Assembly (NCBI GenBank): GCA_964348775.1
Contig: CAYGDR010000001.1
Location: 1-34,337, forward strand
Source of the DNA: an uncultured Candidatus Saccharibacteria bacterium
Lineage (GTDB): Bacteria > Patescibacteriota > Minisyncoccia > Phycocordibacterales > UBA9973
Direction: 5' to 3'
DNA length: 34,337 bases
Shown here: positions 24,394 through 33,025 of the stretch, piece after piece
How positions within the stretch are numbered: position 1 is the stretch's first letter
How the letters are laid out: each line of letters starts with the position of its first letter
Translations under genes and position numbers: made by a program
Notes under the pieces: model-generated
The model's database searches: none
What the model was told of the DNA's origin: nothing
What the model saw: the letters and a program-made list of their open reading frames with translations, nothing else

Positions 24394-25563
24394 CTAAAAC
24401 ATACTCTCGCACCTTTGCCTGTACTCTTCTTGTATTATTTGAGCGCAATATGGCTTTAAGTCTTCTTTGGGCTTGCGATAAGAGGACATTATGCCGAAAA
24501 CTCTACTGTAGCAGTCATTTCTTGCTCCTTCCCCCGAGGCCCCGCATATGGCAAATGGCACCGTGCGGTCCCCCACTGCATAGCTAGAACCGGCATTTAT
24601 GACAACGCAGTAATCATTCCATTTTTGGTTCGGCATAAGATTACACAGTTCGAAAGTTTTACCCGACTGCCCCAGCGCAATTGGGTGAATCTGCCGAGCC
24701 AGCCCGTCAAAACACATCCTTTGGTGTTCAGTGTTCTTGACTTTGAGGCATAATTCTCCAACTTTTTTGATATCCCCCTTAAAAAGCTGATAAGCCAGCG
24801 AAGGCTGGTTGGACCAGCAGCCCAGGAGGTATTTTTGATCGATCCGCGGATCATTGCATGGATACATGGGATCTTCCGGCTTTACCCAGCGATCCGGGGA
24901 GGGCTCCCCATCATGCACTGCCCAGATATTTTCCATAAAAATTCCATCGTAGCAGTTGAAGGCGGGAAATTCCGGCATCGTGTCAATGGCAATATCGCAG
25001 GTCTCAAGGGCTTCAACTATGTTTTTATAGCCTACATTCGCCAAAAATCCATGGCCTATAGCATGGGCGCATTGGCTATAAACTGAAGGCCCTTCTTTCC
25101 GGCACTCCGCAAAGCTTTTTTCTACCTGGCTCATGCCTCCATTTCCAATAGCATGAAGCAAAAAACCATGATAGCAGGAGGAGAGAAAATAATCCTGGCA
25201 TTTTACTAAGCCGGCCGGTCCGTATTTTTCATACAGATAATCTCCCACAGTATGATTTAGAAGGTGCGTCTCTCCAGTAAAAGGCATTCCTGACCTAAAA
25301 AGGTCTATTTGCGCCTGCTCTGGGCCCACTCTTTCTATCAGTCTTTTATAAAGAACCACCTGCTGGTCGAGATTTTGCGTTGCCTTAATTTCTGTGATTT
25401 CGGTGCTAGAAACTTTATCCAAGCCAATTCCACCGCCGAGCGACAATAGTCCAAACTTGAAAATAATCGCGACAATAGCGATTATTATACTCACAAAAAG
25501 CGCGTATCGCGTTAGGTCGATAGCGCTTGCAGTTTTTTTTAATTTTGCCAAATAATGCCTCAT
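24394..25563 (-). CDS. Membrane-anchored Cys/His-rich protein, paralog 3 of a tandem trio (unassigned family)
   Basis: 389 aa, N-terminal TM helix. Motifs CYHGFLLHAIG, CAHAIGHGF and NCYDGIFMEN, shared with the two upstream genes. Confidence 0.6.
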   Translation of the reverse strand: MRHYLAKLKKTASAIDLTRYALFVSIIIAIVAIIFKFGLLSLGGGIGLDKVSSTEITEIKATQNLDQQVVLYKRLIERVGPEQAQIDLFRSGMPFTGETHLLNHTVGDYLYEKYGPAGLVKCQDYFLSSCYHGFLLHAIGNGGMSQVEKSFAECRKEGPSVYSQCAHAIGHGFLANVGYKNIVEALETCDIAIDTMPEFPAFNCYDGIFMENIWAVHDGEPSPDRWVKPEDPMYPCNDPRIDQKYLLGCWSNQPSLAYQLFKGDIKKVGELCLKVKNTEHQRMCFDGLARQIHPIALGQSGKTFELCNLMPNQKWNDYCVVINAGSSYAVGDRTVPFAICGASGEGARNDCYSRVFGIMSSYRKPKEDLKPYCAQIIQEEYRQRCESMF

Positions 25564-25580
25564 AATTTGAGCATGTTAAG

Positions 25581-26810
25581 CTAATCGTTCGGATTTTGAA
25601 TGATAGAATTTTGTCCTGACATTGATGATACCCCGAGACAATAATTTTGTAAATCAACCGGAGCTTGCTTGCAGGCTTTGGGCAATTGATTTTTGATTAC
25701 AGGACTGGAAGGAGACATGACGCCTAGCATCGAAAAACAAGCTGTTTTAAATTTATCCTCAAGACTATTACAAAAGGCGACTGATTCGGCCACTTTGGTC
25801 GGAATAGTGGAAAGCGTACTCGATACCATGGCCGGATAGCAATCTCTTTCAAAATTCGGATCATCTTTTTGAGGTATAGCGCAGACTGACTTTAGTCTTG
25901 CAAGCTCAAAATTTCGCGAAGCGCCTATTATACCCAAGGAATGCATCTTGCACCTTTTAGCCCCGTTGGGTACTTGAGCGCTCGAGCAAAGATCAAAAAC
26001 TTTTTTTGGGTCATGGTCAAACTTAACCAAAGCTACATGCACTATTTCCTCCCAGCAGCCCTCGGCAAATTTGCCGACCTGGGCCCTACACAAAGTCTCG
26101 AGCTCCTCCATCCTAGCCGGCCAGTTGAGCCACGATGCAGGAGCCAGATCGTGCGATACAAGATTGAGCGCGGTTTGATATTCCATAAAAACTCCGGAAA
26201 TACAAAAACGGTTCTGTGCCACCTCCTTAAACACTTCGCACAGATCCAGGGCTTTCGGAATACTCGCGTCAGTCTGCACTAAAAGCAAGTGCCCGATTAT
26301 ATGGTTGCAATCCGCGCGAGGTGTTTCGCCGCAAATAGTGGGTATCACAGCCTTACTCAAGCTCTTTTCCGGCAAAGAAAGCACATAGCTCTCAATCACT
26401 CCGTGGATTGATCCATAGCTGCATCTAGTCGGCATATTTTGTACCATATCTTTCCAAATACTCGGATCGCGCTTGTAAGAACCCCAGCCGATGCCGTGAG
26501 CGATCAAGTGGCAGCCGATAGCGCTCTTGTCTATTTGCTGCAGACTATCTAAAACTTTAAAGCTAAGCTCATAGCTATTTTTCTCTCCCAGCTTTTTAAA
26601 TTCTTCCGCGTAGCAATTTTCTTTACCCTTGTAGAGAGCGACATTTTTCACGCAGTAGTCTGAAACTTCAGCCGCGATTTTATAAAAAGATCCTTGGTCT
26701 TTTGAACTCGCAGATTTATTAAGACGATCTCTGAGGCTCACAGCCGCCAGAACGATCAGCAAGAAAATAAAAATGTTGAGTAATTGCGATGTTTTGATCT
26801 TAGATAGCAT
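25581..26810 (-). CDS. Membrane-anchored Cys/His-rich protein, paralog 2 (unassigned family)
   Basis: 409 aa, N-terminal TM helix. Motifs GCHLIAHGIGW, DCNHIIGHLL and FCISGVFMEY. Confidence 0.6.
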   Translation of the reverse strand: MLSKIKTSQLLNIFIFLLIVLAAVSLRDRLNKSASSKDQGSFYKIAAEVSDYCVKNVALYKGKENCYAEEFKKLGEKNSYELSFKVLDSLQQIDKSAIGCHLIAHGIGWGSYKRDPSIWKDMVQNMPTRCSYGSIHGVIESYVLSLPEKSLSKAVIPTICGETPRADCNHIIGHLLLVQTDASIPKALDLCEVFKEVAQNRFCISGVFMEYQTALNLVSHDLAPASWLNWPARMEELETLCRAQVGKFAEGCWEEIVHVALVKFDHDPKKVFDLCSSAQVPNGAKRCKMHSLGIIGASRNFELARLKSVCAIPQKDDPNFERDCYPAMVSSTLSTIPTKVAESVAFCNSLEDKFKTACFSMLGVMSPSSPVIKNQLPKACKQAPVDLQNYCLGVSSMSGQNSIIQNPND

Positions 26811-28155
26811 ATTGCTTTAACATTATTTTTATTCTTTCAAGGCAAGCCAACCTTCTCTCGCCTAATTTTTCACAAAGCATATTAGCAGAATTTTTGAAAT
26901 CACCATATTTTTGAAATATGCTTTCTACGGCTCCACCAATAGTGCATATTTCGACTCCTTCCGTGCTTGGCATTTGGCCACATTGTTCCAAGATGATAGA
27001 CGCTTTACCGAGGGAAGTCTGCGCCACATAATATCCTAGAGATTCATAACATGTCTCCCGAAGTAGCGTATGTGGTCCCAGAGAACAATTTTTACCTACT
27101 GAAACCAGGGACCCATTGAGAGCGCCGCCCAAAAATACCTGACTCTGGTATCTGGCGCAATTACGATGGTAGCGTTCGTCAAGATCCGTGCAGAATTTCC
27201 AGGGATTTTTTGCTTCAAAAAAACCACCTGACGAAGATGAAACATTCTCCATGAAAACTCCGTCATAGCAATATTGCCTGTAACGCTCGGTTAAAATGTC
27301 GCAATCAGACAAGGCTTGATTAAGGTTTCCATTTTCCCATGTGTATATGCCGTGTCCCGTACCATGTATGCACCCGGTATAACCCTCTGTAAGTTCGGAT
27401 GGAAAAAGTTTCAGACATTCGATTTCTATGTCTTTGATCTTATTGGTGCCTTCATTTAAGAGCATCGCTTCGGTAACGCCATGGAAGCAGCCGAAAGCAA
27501 AGGCCGTGTCGCAGATTTTTATGCCTTCCAGGCCCGATTTTTTATAAGACAAATTTCCTACAACATGCGCAAACTCGTGGGCGTTCCCCACCACTTGGCC
27601 GTTTACGATAAAAGCTTCCTTTATATAATTCCACCCGTCCTTCGGATTCTCTTGGCTCAAAAGCTTTACAAATTCGATCTGGCGGCCATAATCAAAATTT
27701 CTAAAATCCAAAACAGAGGTATTCTCACTGAAAGAAAAACTGCTTTTTCTCTCTTCGCCCTTCTTTAGAACTTCAACTGTCATCACCAGGCTCGGGAAAA
27801 GGTGGTCATGCATCGGCCAGATGCCGGGCTTCTCAAGCCTAAAAGAAAATGATTCGCCTTTCTCTAGGCCCTTGCAAGCATCAAACTTGCTCCCCAAGCA
27901 TCCTCCCGGCTCCGGATAAAGAGTATGGCTGGGATGAAAATTCGAAGCCGGCCAGTGAAGCCGTTCTCCTTGGTTTACCCAGGCAATAGTGGATCCTGCC
28001 GTCGTAATAATTTTATCTGGGAAAAATCCTTCGTCATTTATGAAAACAGTGAGATTTTCGGAGCTAGAGCCGTTCTCCTTAGAATTGTTCTTAAAAAAGA
28101 CAAAAGAGAGAAGCCCCAATACCAAAACCATTAAAATAATGTTATTTTTTGTCAT
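26800..28155 (-). CDS. Membrane-anchored cupredoxin-like domain fused to a Cys/His-rich paralog domain (paralog 1)
   Basis: 451 aa, N-terminal TM helix. A cupredoxin-like segment (ITTAGSTIAWVNQGERLHWPASNFHPSH...PGIWPMHDHLFPSLVMTVEV) is followed by the motifs GCFHGVTEA, GCIHGTGHGIY and YCYDGVFMEN. Confidence 0.6.
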   Translation of the reverse strand: MTKNNIILMVLVLGLLSFVFFKNNSKENGSSSENLTVFINDEGFFPDKIITTAGSTIAWVNQGERLHWPASNFHPSHTLYPEPGGCLGSKFDACKGLEKGESFSFRLEKPGIWPMHDHLFPSLVMTVEVLKKGEERKSSFSFSENTSVLDFRNFDYGRQIEFVKLLSQENPKDGWNYIKEAFIVNGQVVGNAHEFAHVVGNLSYKKSGLEGIKICDTAFAFGCFHGVTEAMLLNEGTNKIKDIEIECLKLFPSELTEGYTGCIHGTGHGIYTWENGNLNQALSDCDILTERYRQYCYDGVFMENVSSSSGGFFEAKNPWKFCTDLDERYHRNCARYQSQVFLGGALNGSLVSVGKNCSLGPHTLLRETCYESLGYYVAQTSLGKASIILEQCGQMPSTEGVEICTIGGAVESIFQKYGDFKNSANMLCEKLGERRLACLERIKIMLKQYAI

Positions 28156-28260
28156 TTTTCGGTAAGTATTGCCTAAATATACTCTCTATGATATCATACT
28201 TAGCGTACAAAGTCCTGTGGCCCAGGGCTTTTATTTTTATCAAAATTTAATAAAAAGATC

Positions 28261-29421
28261 ATGTTAGACCTAAAAACATTCAAATCAGCCCTAGAACAGC
28301 TTGAAGAGGAGAGAAAAATACCAAAGGAAAAAATACTAGACGCCATTGAGCAGGCTATGGCTGCAGCTTACAAGAAAGACTATGGGAAAAAAGGGCAGAT
28401 AATACGGGCAAAGTTCGACTTGGAAACCGGCAAGACAGATTTCTACCAGATAAAGATCGTTGTGGACGAATCAATCGCAAAGACTGATTCCGAAGCCGGC
28501 GACGAAGAATACTCCATCAAAGAAGATGGAGATGAAAGAGTGCGCTTCAACAGCGAGCATCACATAATGTGGGAAGACGCAAAGAAAATGAAAAAAGGAG
28601 TCGAGCTAAATGACGAAGTGGTCTTCCCTCTGGAAGCGAAGGATGATTATGGACGAATCGCAGCCCAGACCGCAAAGCAAGTCATAATCCAAAAAATACG
28701 CGAAGCGGAAAGAACTTCTATCATAGACGAATACGGAACCAAAGAAGGAGAAGTAGTTACCGGAATTGTGCAAAAAATCGAACGAGGCAATGTGTATGTG
28801 GACTTCAATAGAGCTACGGGAATCTTGCCGGTAGAAGAGCAAATCCCGGGCGAATACCTGGAGCGCGGAGCGCGAGTGCGTTCATATCTATACTCAGTAG
28901 AAGACACGCCAAGAGGCATAAATCTGCGCCTTTCCCGCACCCATCCTAAATTCATAGAAAAATTATTCGCGCTTGAGGCTCCGGAAATACAAAATGGAAT
29001 CGTGGAAATCAAATCAATCGCTCGAGAGCCGGGAGCTAGGTCAAAAATAGCCGTGCACTCAAGCGACGATCACATAGACCCAGTCGGCTCCTGCGTGGGG
29101 CAAAAAGGGACGAGGGTAAACACCGTTACCAATGAACTCCGCGGAGAAAAAATAGATATTATCCCTTGGTCTGAAGATCCAAAAACATTTGTGACCAATG
29201 CCCTTTCGCCGGCAAAAGTCCTAAATATTGATACCGACGAAACTGAAAGAAAAGCCACTGTGGAAGTGGCAAATGACCAATTGTCTCTCGCTATAGGAAA
29301 GGGCGGACAAAATGTACGCCTAGCGGCAAAGCTTACAGGCTGGAAAATAGACATCAAGGGAGACGAAGCTCCTGCCGACAAAGAAGAAGCTTCTCCGGAG
29401 GTTGAAACTAAAGAAGAGTAA
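28261..29421 (+). CDS. nusA: Transcription termination/antitermination factor NusA
   Basis: 386 aa with NusA N-terminal, S1 and two KH domains (GxxG: VGQKGTRV, IGKGGQNV). An upstream TTGCCT-17-TATCAT promoter candidate lies near 28173..28201. Confidence 0.92.
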   Translation: MLDLKTFKSALEQLEEERKIPKEKILDAIEQAMAAAYKKDYGKKGQIIRAKFDLETGKTDFYQIKIVVDESIAKTDSEAGDEEYSIKEDGDERVRFNSEHHIMWEDAKKMKKGVELNDEVVFPLEAKDDYGRIAAQTAKQVIIQKIREAERTSIIDEYGTKEGEVVTGIVQKIERGNVYVDFNRATGILPVEEQIPGEYLERGARVRSYLYSVEDTPRGINLRLSRTHPKFIEKLFALEAPEIQNGIVEIKSIAREPGARSKIAVHSSDDHIDPVGSCVGQKGTRVNTVTNELRGEKIDIIPWSEDPKTFVTNALSPAKVLNIDTDETERKATVEVANDQLSLAIGKGGQNVRLAAKLTGWKIDIKGDEAPADKEEASPEVETKEE

Positions 29422-29436
29422 AGGTACAATTACCTT

Positions 29437-30021
29437 ATGGCAAATATAAATCATAAGCCCTCAAAATACATGCTGAACCTTCTGCATGTGCTTAGCCCGT
29501 TCGTAGAAGATAAAAAGGGCGTGTTAAACGGTTTGGTAGAAATAAACCACAACTCTATAAATAAATATGAATTCATAACTGAGTCCGGGCAGTTAAAGCT
29601 TGACCGAGTAGGATATTCCTCTCTTGCCTATCCAGTCGCCTACGGCCTCATTCCGCAGACATGGGACCAAGACAACGATATGCTAGATTTTATCATCGCA
29701 AATGTGACTGAGCCTCTGGTTCCAGGATCTCTTGCGGAGGTCCGCGTGATAGGAATAATGAAATTTGAAGACGGAGGAGAGAGAGACGATAAGGTTATTA
29801 CAGTCTTGTCCGACGATAAGCGAATGGACCACATAAATTCTTTTGAAGATTTGGGTGAGCATTGGAAAAAAGAAACCGAGCATTATTTCGAACACTATAA
29901 GGATCTTAAAAAACCAGGCACTTGCAAGGTATTAGGATTTTTAGGGACCGATGAAGCAATGAAAATTGTAGAAGAATGTGTAGAAAGATACAAAACTGAT
30001 TACGCCGGAAAACTCGAATAA
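29437..30021 (+). CDS. ppa: Inorganic diphosphatase (family I)
   Basis: 194 aa. NKYEF, LDRV..YPVAYGLIPQT..D.D.LD and DDKVI motifs. Confidence 0.85.
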   Translation: MANINHKPSKYMLNLLHVLSPFVEDKKGVLNGLVEINHNSINKYEFITESGQLKLDRVGYSSLAYPVAYGLIPQTWDQDNDMLDFIIANVTEPLVPGSLAEVRVIGIMKFEDGGERDDKVITVLSDDKRMDHINSFEDLGEHWKKETEHYFEHYKDLKKPGTCKVLGFLGTDEAMKIVEECVERYKTDYAGKLE

Positions 30022-30022
30022 T

Positions 30023-30050
30023 TTGCCTAAAAAAGATATAGGTTTATAAT
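30023..30050 (+). promoter_or_regulatory. Sigma70-like promoter for the secreted Ala/Lys/Glu-rich protein gene
   Basis: TTGCCT (30023..30028), a 16-nt spacer, then TATAAT (30045..30050). Confidence 0.55.
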
Positions 30051-30102
30051 GTCTATATACTAGGTCATGGTATTTTTATTAGATATTTAACCAATTTAAC
30101 TT

Positions 30103-30669
30103 ATGAAACCATATAAAAGAGTGATTTTGACAGGTGCAATTTTAACAGCTTTAACCTTTACCTCAAGCGTATCAGCGCAGGACGCCGGGGTAAGCGCTAC
30201 TTCTACTACCCCAGTTTTAGACGCTAGGCTTGAAGCCAAAGCAAAGCTAGAAGCGCAAAGAGCGGAAAATAAGGCAAAGATGGAAGCTGCCAAAGCTGAG
30301 GCAAAAGCGAAAAGGGAGGCCGCAGGAGCAGAAGCAAAAGCCAAGAAAGAAGAATTGAAAAAGCAGAGAGAGGCTTTTGTCCTCGCGCAGGCAAAAGAGC
30401 GGTTTGCTAAAGCTGTAGCTGAAGCAGAAGCAGGGCTCATTTCAGCACAGGCTAAACTGGCTGAAGCTAAAGCTGCGGCTTTGGCTGCCACCGACAAAAC
30501 TGGCTTTGAAAAAGCAAGGAAGCTTTTTATGGAAGCTAGAAAAATAGTGGAAAGGGCCATGAGGCCTCTTATGGCTGCTCCTAAAGTAGCCGCGGTAACT
30601 AGCACTACCCCGACAGCATCAGTCTCAGTGGATGCTTCTGCCACTACAAACACTGGCACAACTCAGTAA
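30103..30669 (+). CDS. Secreted low-complexity Ala/Lys/Glu-rich coiled-coil protein
   Basis: 188 aa. Signal peptide (MKPYKRVILTGAILTALTFTSSVSA/QD), then AKAEAKAKREAAGAEAKAKKEE-type repeats and Thr/Ser-rich ends. An intrinsic terminator follows. Confidence 0.65.
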   Translation: MKPYKRVILTGAILTALTFTSSVSAQDAGVSATSTTPVLDARLEAKAKLEAQRAENKAKMEAAKAEAKAKREAAGAEAKAKKEELKKQREAFVLAQAKERFAKAVAEAEAGLISAQAKLAEAKAAALAATDKTGFEKARKLFMEARKIVERAMRPLMAAPKVAAVTSTTPTASVSVDASATTNTGTTQ

Positions 30670-30684
30670 AGGATGAATTAAAAA

Positions 30685-30706
30685 GCCCCCATTTCGGGGG
30701 TTTTTT
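30685..30706 (+). terminator. Rho-independent terminator
   Basis: GCCCCC-ATTT-CGGGGG stem-loop followed by TTTTTT. Confidence 0.85.
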
Positions 30707-30710
30707 AATT

Positions 30711-30739
30711 TTGACAAAGCAGGGATTTATCTATAAGAT
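30711..30739 (+). promoter_or_regulatory. Sigma70-like promoter for tig, ending 6 nt before the ATG
   Basis: TTGACA (30711..30716), a 17-nt spacer, then TAAGAT (30734..30739). The ATG is at 30746. Confidence 0.55.
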
Positions 30740-30745
30740 ACCTGG

Positions 30746-31816
30746 ATGCTAAAAACAAAAATAACTAAACTTCCTAAGAGCGAAGTAGAAATAGAGGGCG
30801 AGCTCGAAGCGGATATATTCGAATCATACTTTTCCAAAGCTCTAAAGAAAATAGGAGAAAACATCGAGCTTCCCGGCTTTCGAAAAGGAAAAGCGCCGGA
30901 ATCTGTGCTCCTTTCTAACATTAAAGAAGCGCATATTCTAGAAGAAATGGCAGAAATGGCCCTTTCAGAGCATTATCCTAAAATAATCGCAGAAGAGAAG
31001 ATCGATGCCATAGGCAGGCCAGATATTGCAATAACAAAACTCGCGCGAAAGAACCCTTTAGGATTCAAGGTAAAAGTCGCGGTGTTGCCGGAAATAAAGC
31101 TCGCTGACTACAAGAAGCTTGCAAAGAAAACCTTGGGCGAGGTCAAGCCGGAAGAAAAAGACATCATCGTTTCAGACGAAGATCTGGAGAGCACCATAAT
31201 GGATATCAGGAAGTCTCGCGCGCCAAAAATACACATGGCGGATCATGTGCATGACGAAAATGTACCGCATGAGCATCCAGAACCCGAACTCCCCCAAGAA
31301 ATACCAGAACTTAATGATGAGTTTGTGAAGGGCCTAGGGCCTTTTGAGGGCGTGGAAGATTTCAAAGAAAAGCTTAAGGTAAATATAAAGCTTGAAAAAG
31401 AAAACGCGCAGAAAGAAAAAACGAGGCTCAAAATTATAGAAAAAATAATTGAAGAAAGTACAATAGATGTGCCGGAGCTTCTTGTAAATCTAGAGCTTGA
31501 TAAGATCATATACCGCATGGAATCCGATATTACCCAGATGGGGCTCAAGTTTGAAGATTATCTCAAGCATTTAAATAAGACAGTCGAAGATCTTAGAAAA
31601 GATTTCCATGGAGATGCAGAAAAGAAGGCAAGGCTTTCTCTCGCATTAAATGAAATTGCTAAATCTGAAAATATAAAAGCAGATGATGAACAAGTAGCAA
31701 AAGAAGTAGCCGCAATCCTAGAGCATTATAAAGATGCCGACCCGGAACGAGCGCGGATGCATGCAGAAAATGTGCTCACAAATGAGAAAATTTTCCAGTT
31801 TTTGGAAAATCAATAA
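30746..31816 (+). CDS. tig: Trigger factor (short form apparently lacking the FKBP PPIase domain)
   Basis: 356 aa. N-terminal ribosome-binding PGFRKGKAP motif. The C-terminal-arm-like region follows the N-domain directly, with a His/Pro/Glu-rich insert (HMADHVHDENVPHEHPEPELP). Confidence 0.85.
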   Translation: MLKTKITKLPKSEVEIEGELEADIFESYFSKALKKIGENIELPGFRKGKAPESVLLSNIKEAHILEEMAEMALSEHYPKIIAEEKIDAIGRPDIAITKLARKNPLGFKVKVAVLPEIKLADYKKLAKKTLGEVKPEEKDIIVSDEDLESTIMDIRKSRAPKIHMADHVHDENVPHEHPEPELPQEIPELNDEFVKGLGPFEGVEDFKEKLKVNIKLEKENAQKEKTRLKIIEKIIEESTIDVPELLVNLELDKIIYRMESDITQMGLKFEDYLKHLNKTVEDLRKDFHGDAEKKARLSLALNEIAKSENIKADDEQVAKEVAAILEHYKDADPERARMHAENVLTNEKIFQFLENQ

Positions 31817-31902
31817 AAATGATAAATATTATCTTATCTCTTAATAAAGACGGCCGTTGCTATTAGGATATAAGTCTAAAACTGCCTGCTAAAAATAAAA
31901 CG

Positions 31903-31925
31903 GGCGGTGCATACTCTGCACCGCC
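31903..31925 (-). terminator. Rho-independent terminator of the SDR gene
   Basis: GGCGGTGCA-N5-TGCACCGCC (9-bp stem), followed on the minus strand by GTTTTATTTTT. Confidence 0.8.
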
Positions 31926-31947
31926 GCGTCGATTCGATAGTTTTTTC

Positions 31948-32664
31948 CTACGGGATATGAAGAGTTCCGTCCCAGTGGACGAGTCGCCCATGGAAGTCCT
32001 CCGGCTGGTAATCCTTATTTCCCCAGTACTTGATGATCTCGAGGCACTGGGTTGCCCGGACCTTCGGGTCCTCTCCGTCGGTACGCATCTCGGTCGCCAT
32101 ACGGCCGGGATTAAACGCGAAGATGCGCACATTTGGCGGCAAATCACGCGTCGCACAGTAGGTCGTCAGATGGAGGGCGGCCTTGCTCGCCGCGTAACCG
32201 TAGTTTGCGGTGGTCGCCCTTCCCATGCCGTAGACAGTCCCGCGTGAGCTACCGATGTTCACCACGTAGCTCGGGTCCTCGGCGAGGAGAGGCAGGAAGG
32301 CTTGGAGCACCAAGAGCGGTGCGATTGCGTTCACGTCGAACATCATTGTGAGAGCATCGCGGTCGAGATGCCCAAGCTTAGACACCTTTTCGCGCTTGCT
32401 CACCGCAAAGGTGTCTTTGTTGACCCCGGCGTTGTTGATGAGAAGTGAAAGACTTTTCGTCTGTCCTTCCACTTCCCGAGCAGCCTGCTCAATCGAGAAG
32501 TCGTCTTCGACATCGCACTCGACCCAGCTGAGATTGTCGTGCTCCGGCAGACTGGAGCCAAAGCCTCTCGTCCCGCCGAATACCCGGTATCCCCGCTCGA
32601 GCAGGTTCTCGGCCAGCGCCCAGCCGAAACCCCGGTTTGCACCGGTCACAAAAGCTGACTTCAC
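31948..32664 (-). CDS. Short-chain dehydrogenase/reductase (SDR) family oxidoreductase on a GC-rich island
   Basis: 238 aa. TGANRGFG cofactor motif, NNAG, and a YxxxK catalytic pair (YAASKAAL). Strong SD GGGGGTGAAGTAGTGATG. GC is 40 of 60 in the line at 32161 by hand count. Confidence 0.88.
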   Translation of the reverse strand: MKSAFVTGANRGFGWALAENLLERGYRVFGGTRGFGSSLPEHDNLSWVECDVEDDFSIEQAAREVEGQTKSLSLLINNAGVNKDTFAVSKREKVSKLGHLDRDALTMMFDVNAIAPLLVLQAFLPLLAEDPSYVVNIGSSRGTVYGMGRATTANYGYAASKAALHLTTYCATRDLPPNVRIFAFNPGRMATEMRTDGEDPKVRATQCLEIIKYWGNKDYQPEDFHGRLVHWDGTLHIP

Positions 32665-32739
32665 TACTTCACCCCCAAGAAAATGGTTATTTTAGAGCGT
32701 TCTTCCGAATTCAACCACGATTTGATCTACATATCAAGG

Positions 32740-32775
32740 TTGCAAATATTTAAGGCATTTTGTACAATATGTACA
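32740..32775 (+). promoter_or_regulatory. TA-operon promoter with a TGTACA-N3-TGTACA operator-like palindrome
   Basis: TTGCAA (32740..32745), a 17-nt spacer, then TACAAT (32763..32768). TGTACA occurs at 32761..32766 and 32770..32775. The ATG is at 32777. Confidence 0.55.
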
Positions 32776-32776
32776 T

Positions 32777-33025
32777 ATGAAAACGATAAGCATAACCAAC
32801 GCCAGGAAAAATATAAAAGTCCTTGTCGACCGAGTAAAATATCGGGGCGAAGCTTTTGCTATAGGCAGACGGGAAAAGCCGGAGGTAATGGTTATCAAAT
32901 ATCCATCCAATTATCAGAATCTGGACGAACTAACTCTTTTCAACTTGGTTTCGGGTTCTTTTGATTTTTTGGCAGACGAACCGGACCTATATAACATCAA
33001 TGATTGCAAAATACGATTCACTTAA
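32777..33025 (+). CDS. Type II antitoxin, Phd/YefM family
   Basis: 82 aa. MKTISITNARKNIKVLVDRV...PEVMVI pattern typical of YefM/Phd. It overlaps the downstream toxin gene. Confidence 0.75.
   Translation: MKTISITNARKNIKVLVDRVKYRGEAFAIGRREKPEVMVIKYPSNYQNLDELTLFNLVSGSFDFLADEPDLYNINDCKIRFT

Noticed and set aside
28213-28240. A small hairpin (CCTG...CAGG) followed by a T-run in the nusA 5' leader, as a possible attenuator.
   Set aside because: The stem is only 4-5 bp and the T-run is interrupted. That is insufficient to call.
30096-30659. A 187-aa minus-strand ORF mirroring the Ala/Lys/Glu-rich gene.
   Set aside because: It is an antisense low-complexity shadow (GCN-rich repeats read as Ala on both strands). 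The plus-strand ORF has a signal peptide, promoter and terminator.
31863-32695. Multiple 72-115-aa ORFs on both strands within the SDR region.
   Set aside because: These are GC-rich shadow frames. Only the 31948..32664 minus frame shows SDR motifs, an SD and a terminator.
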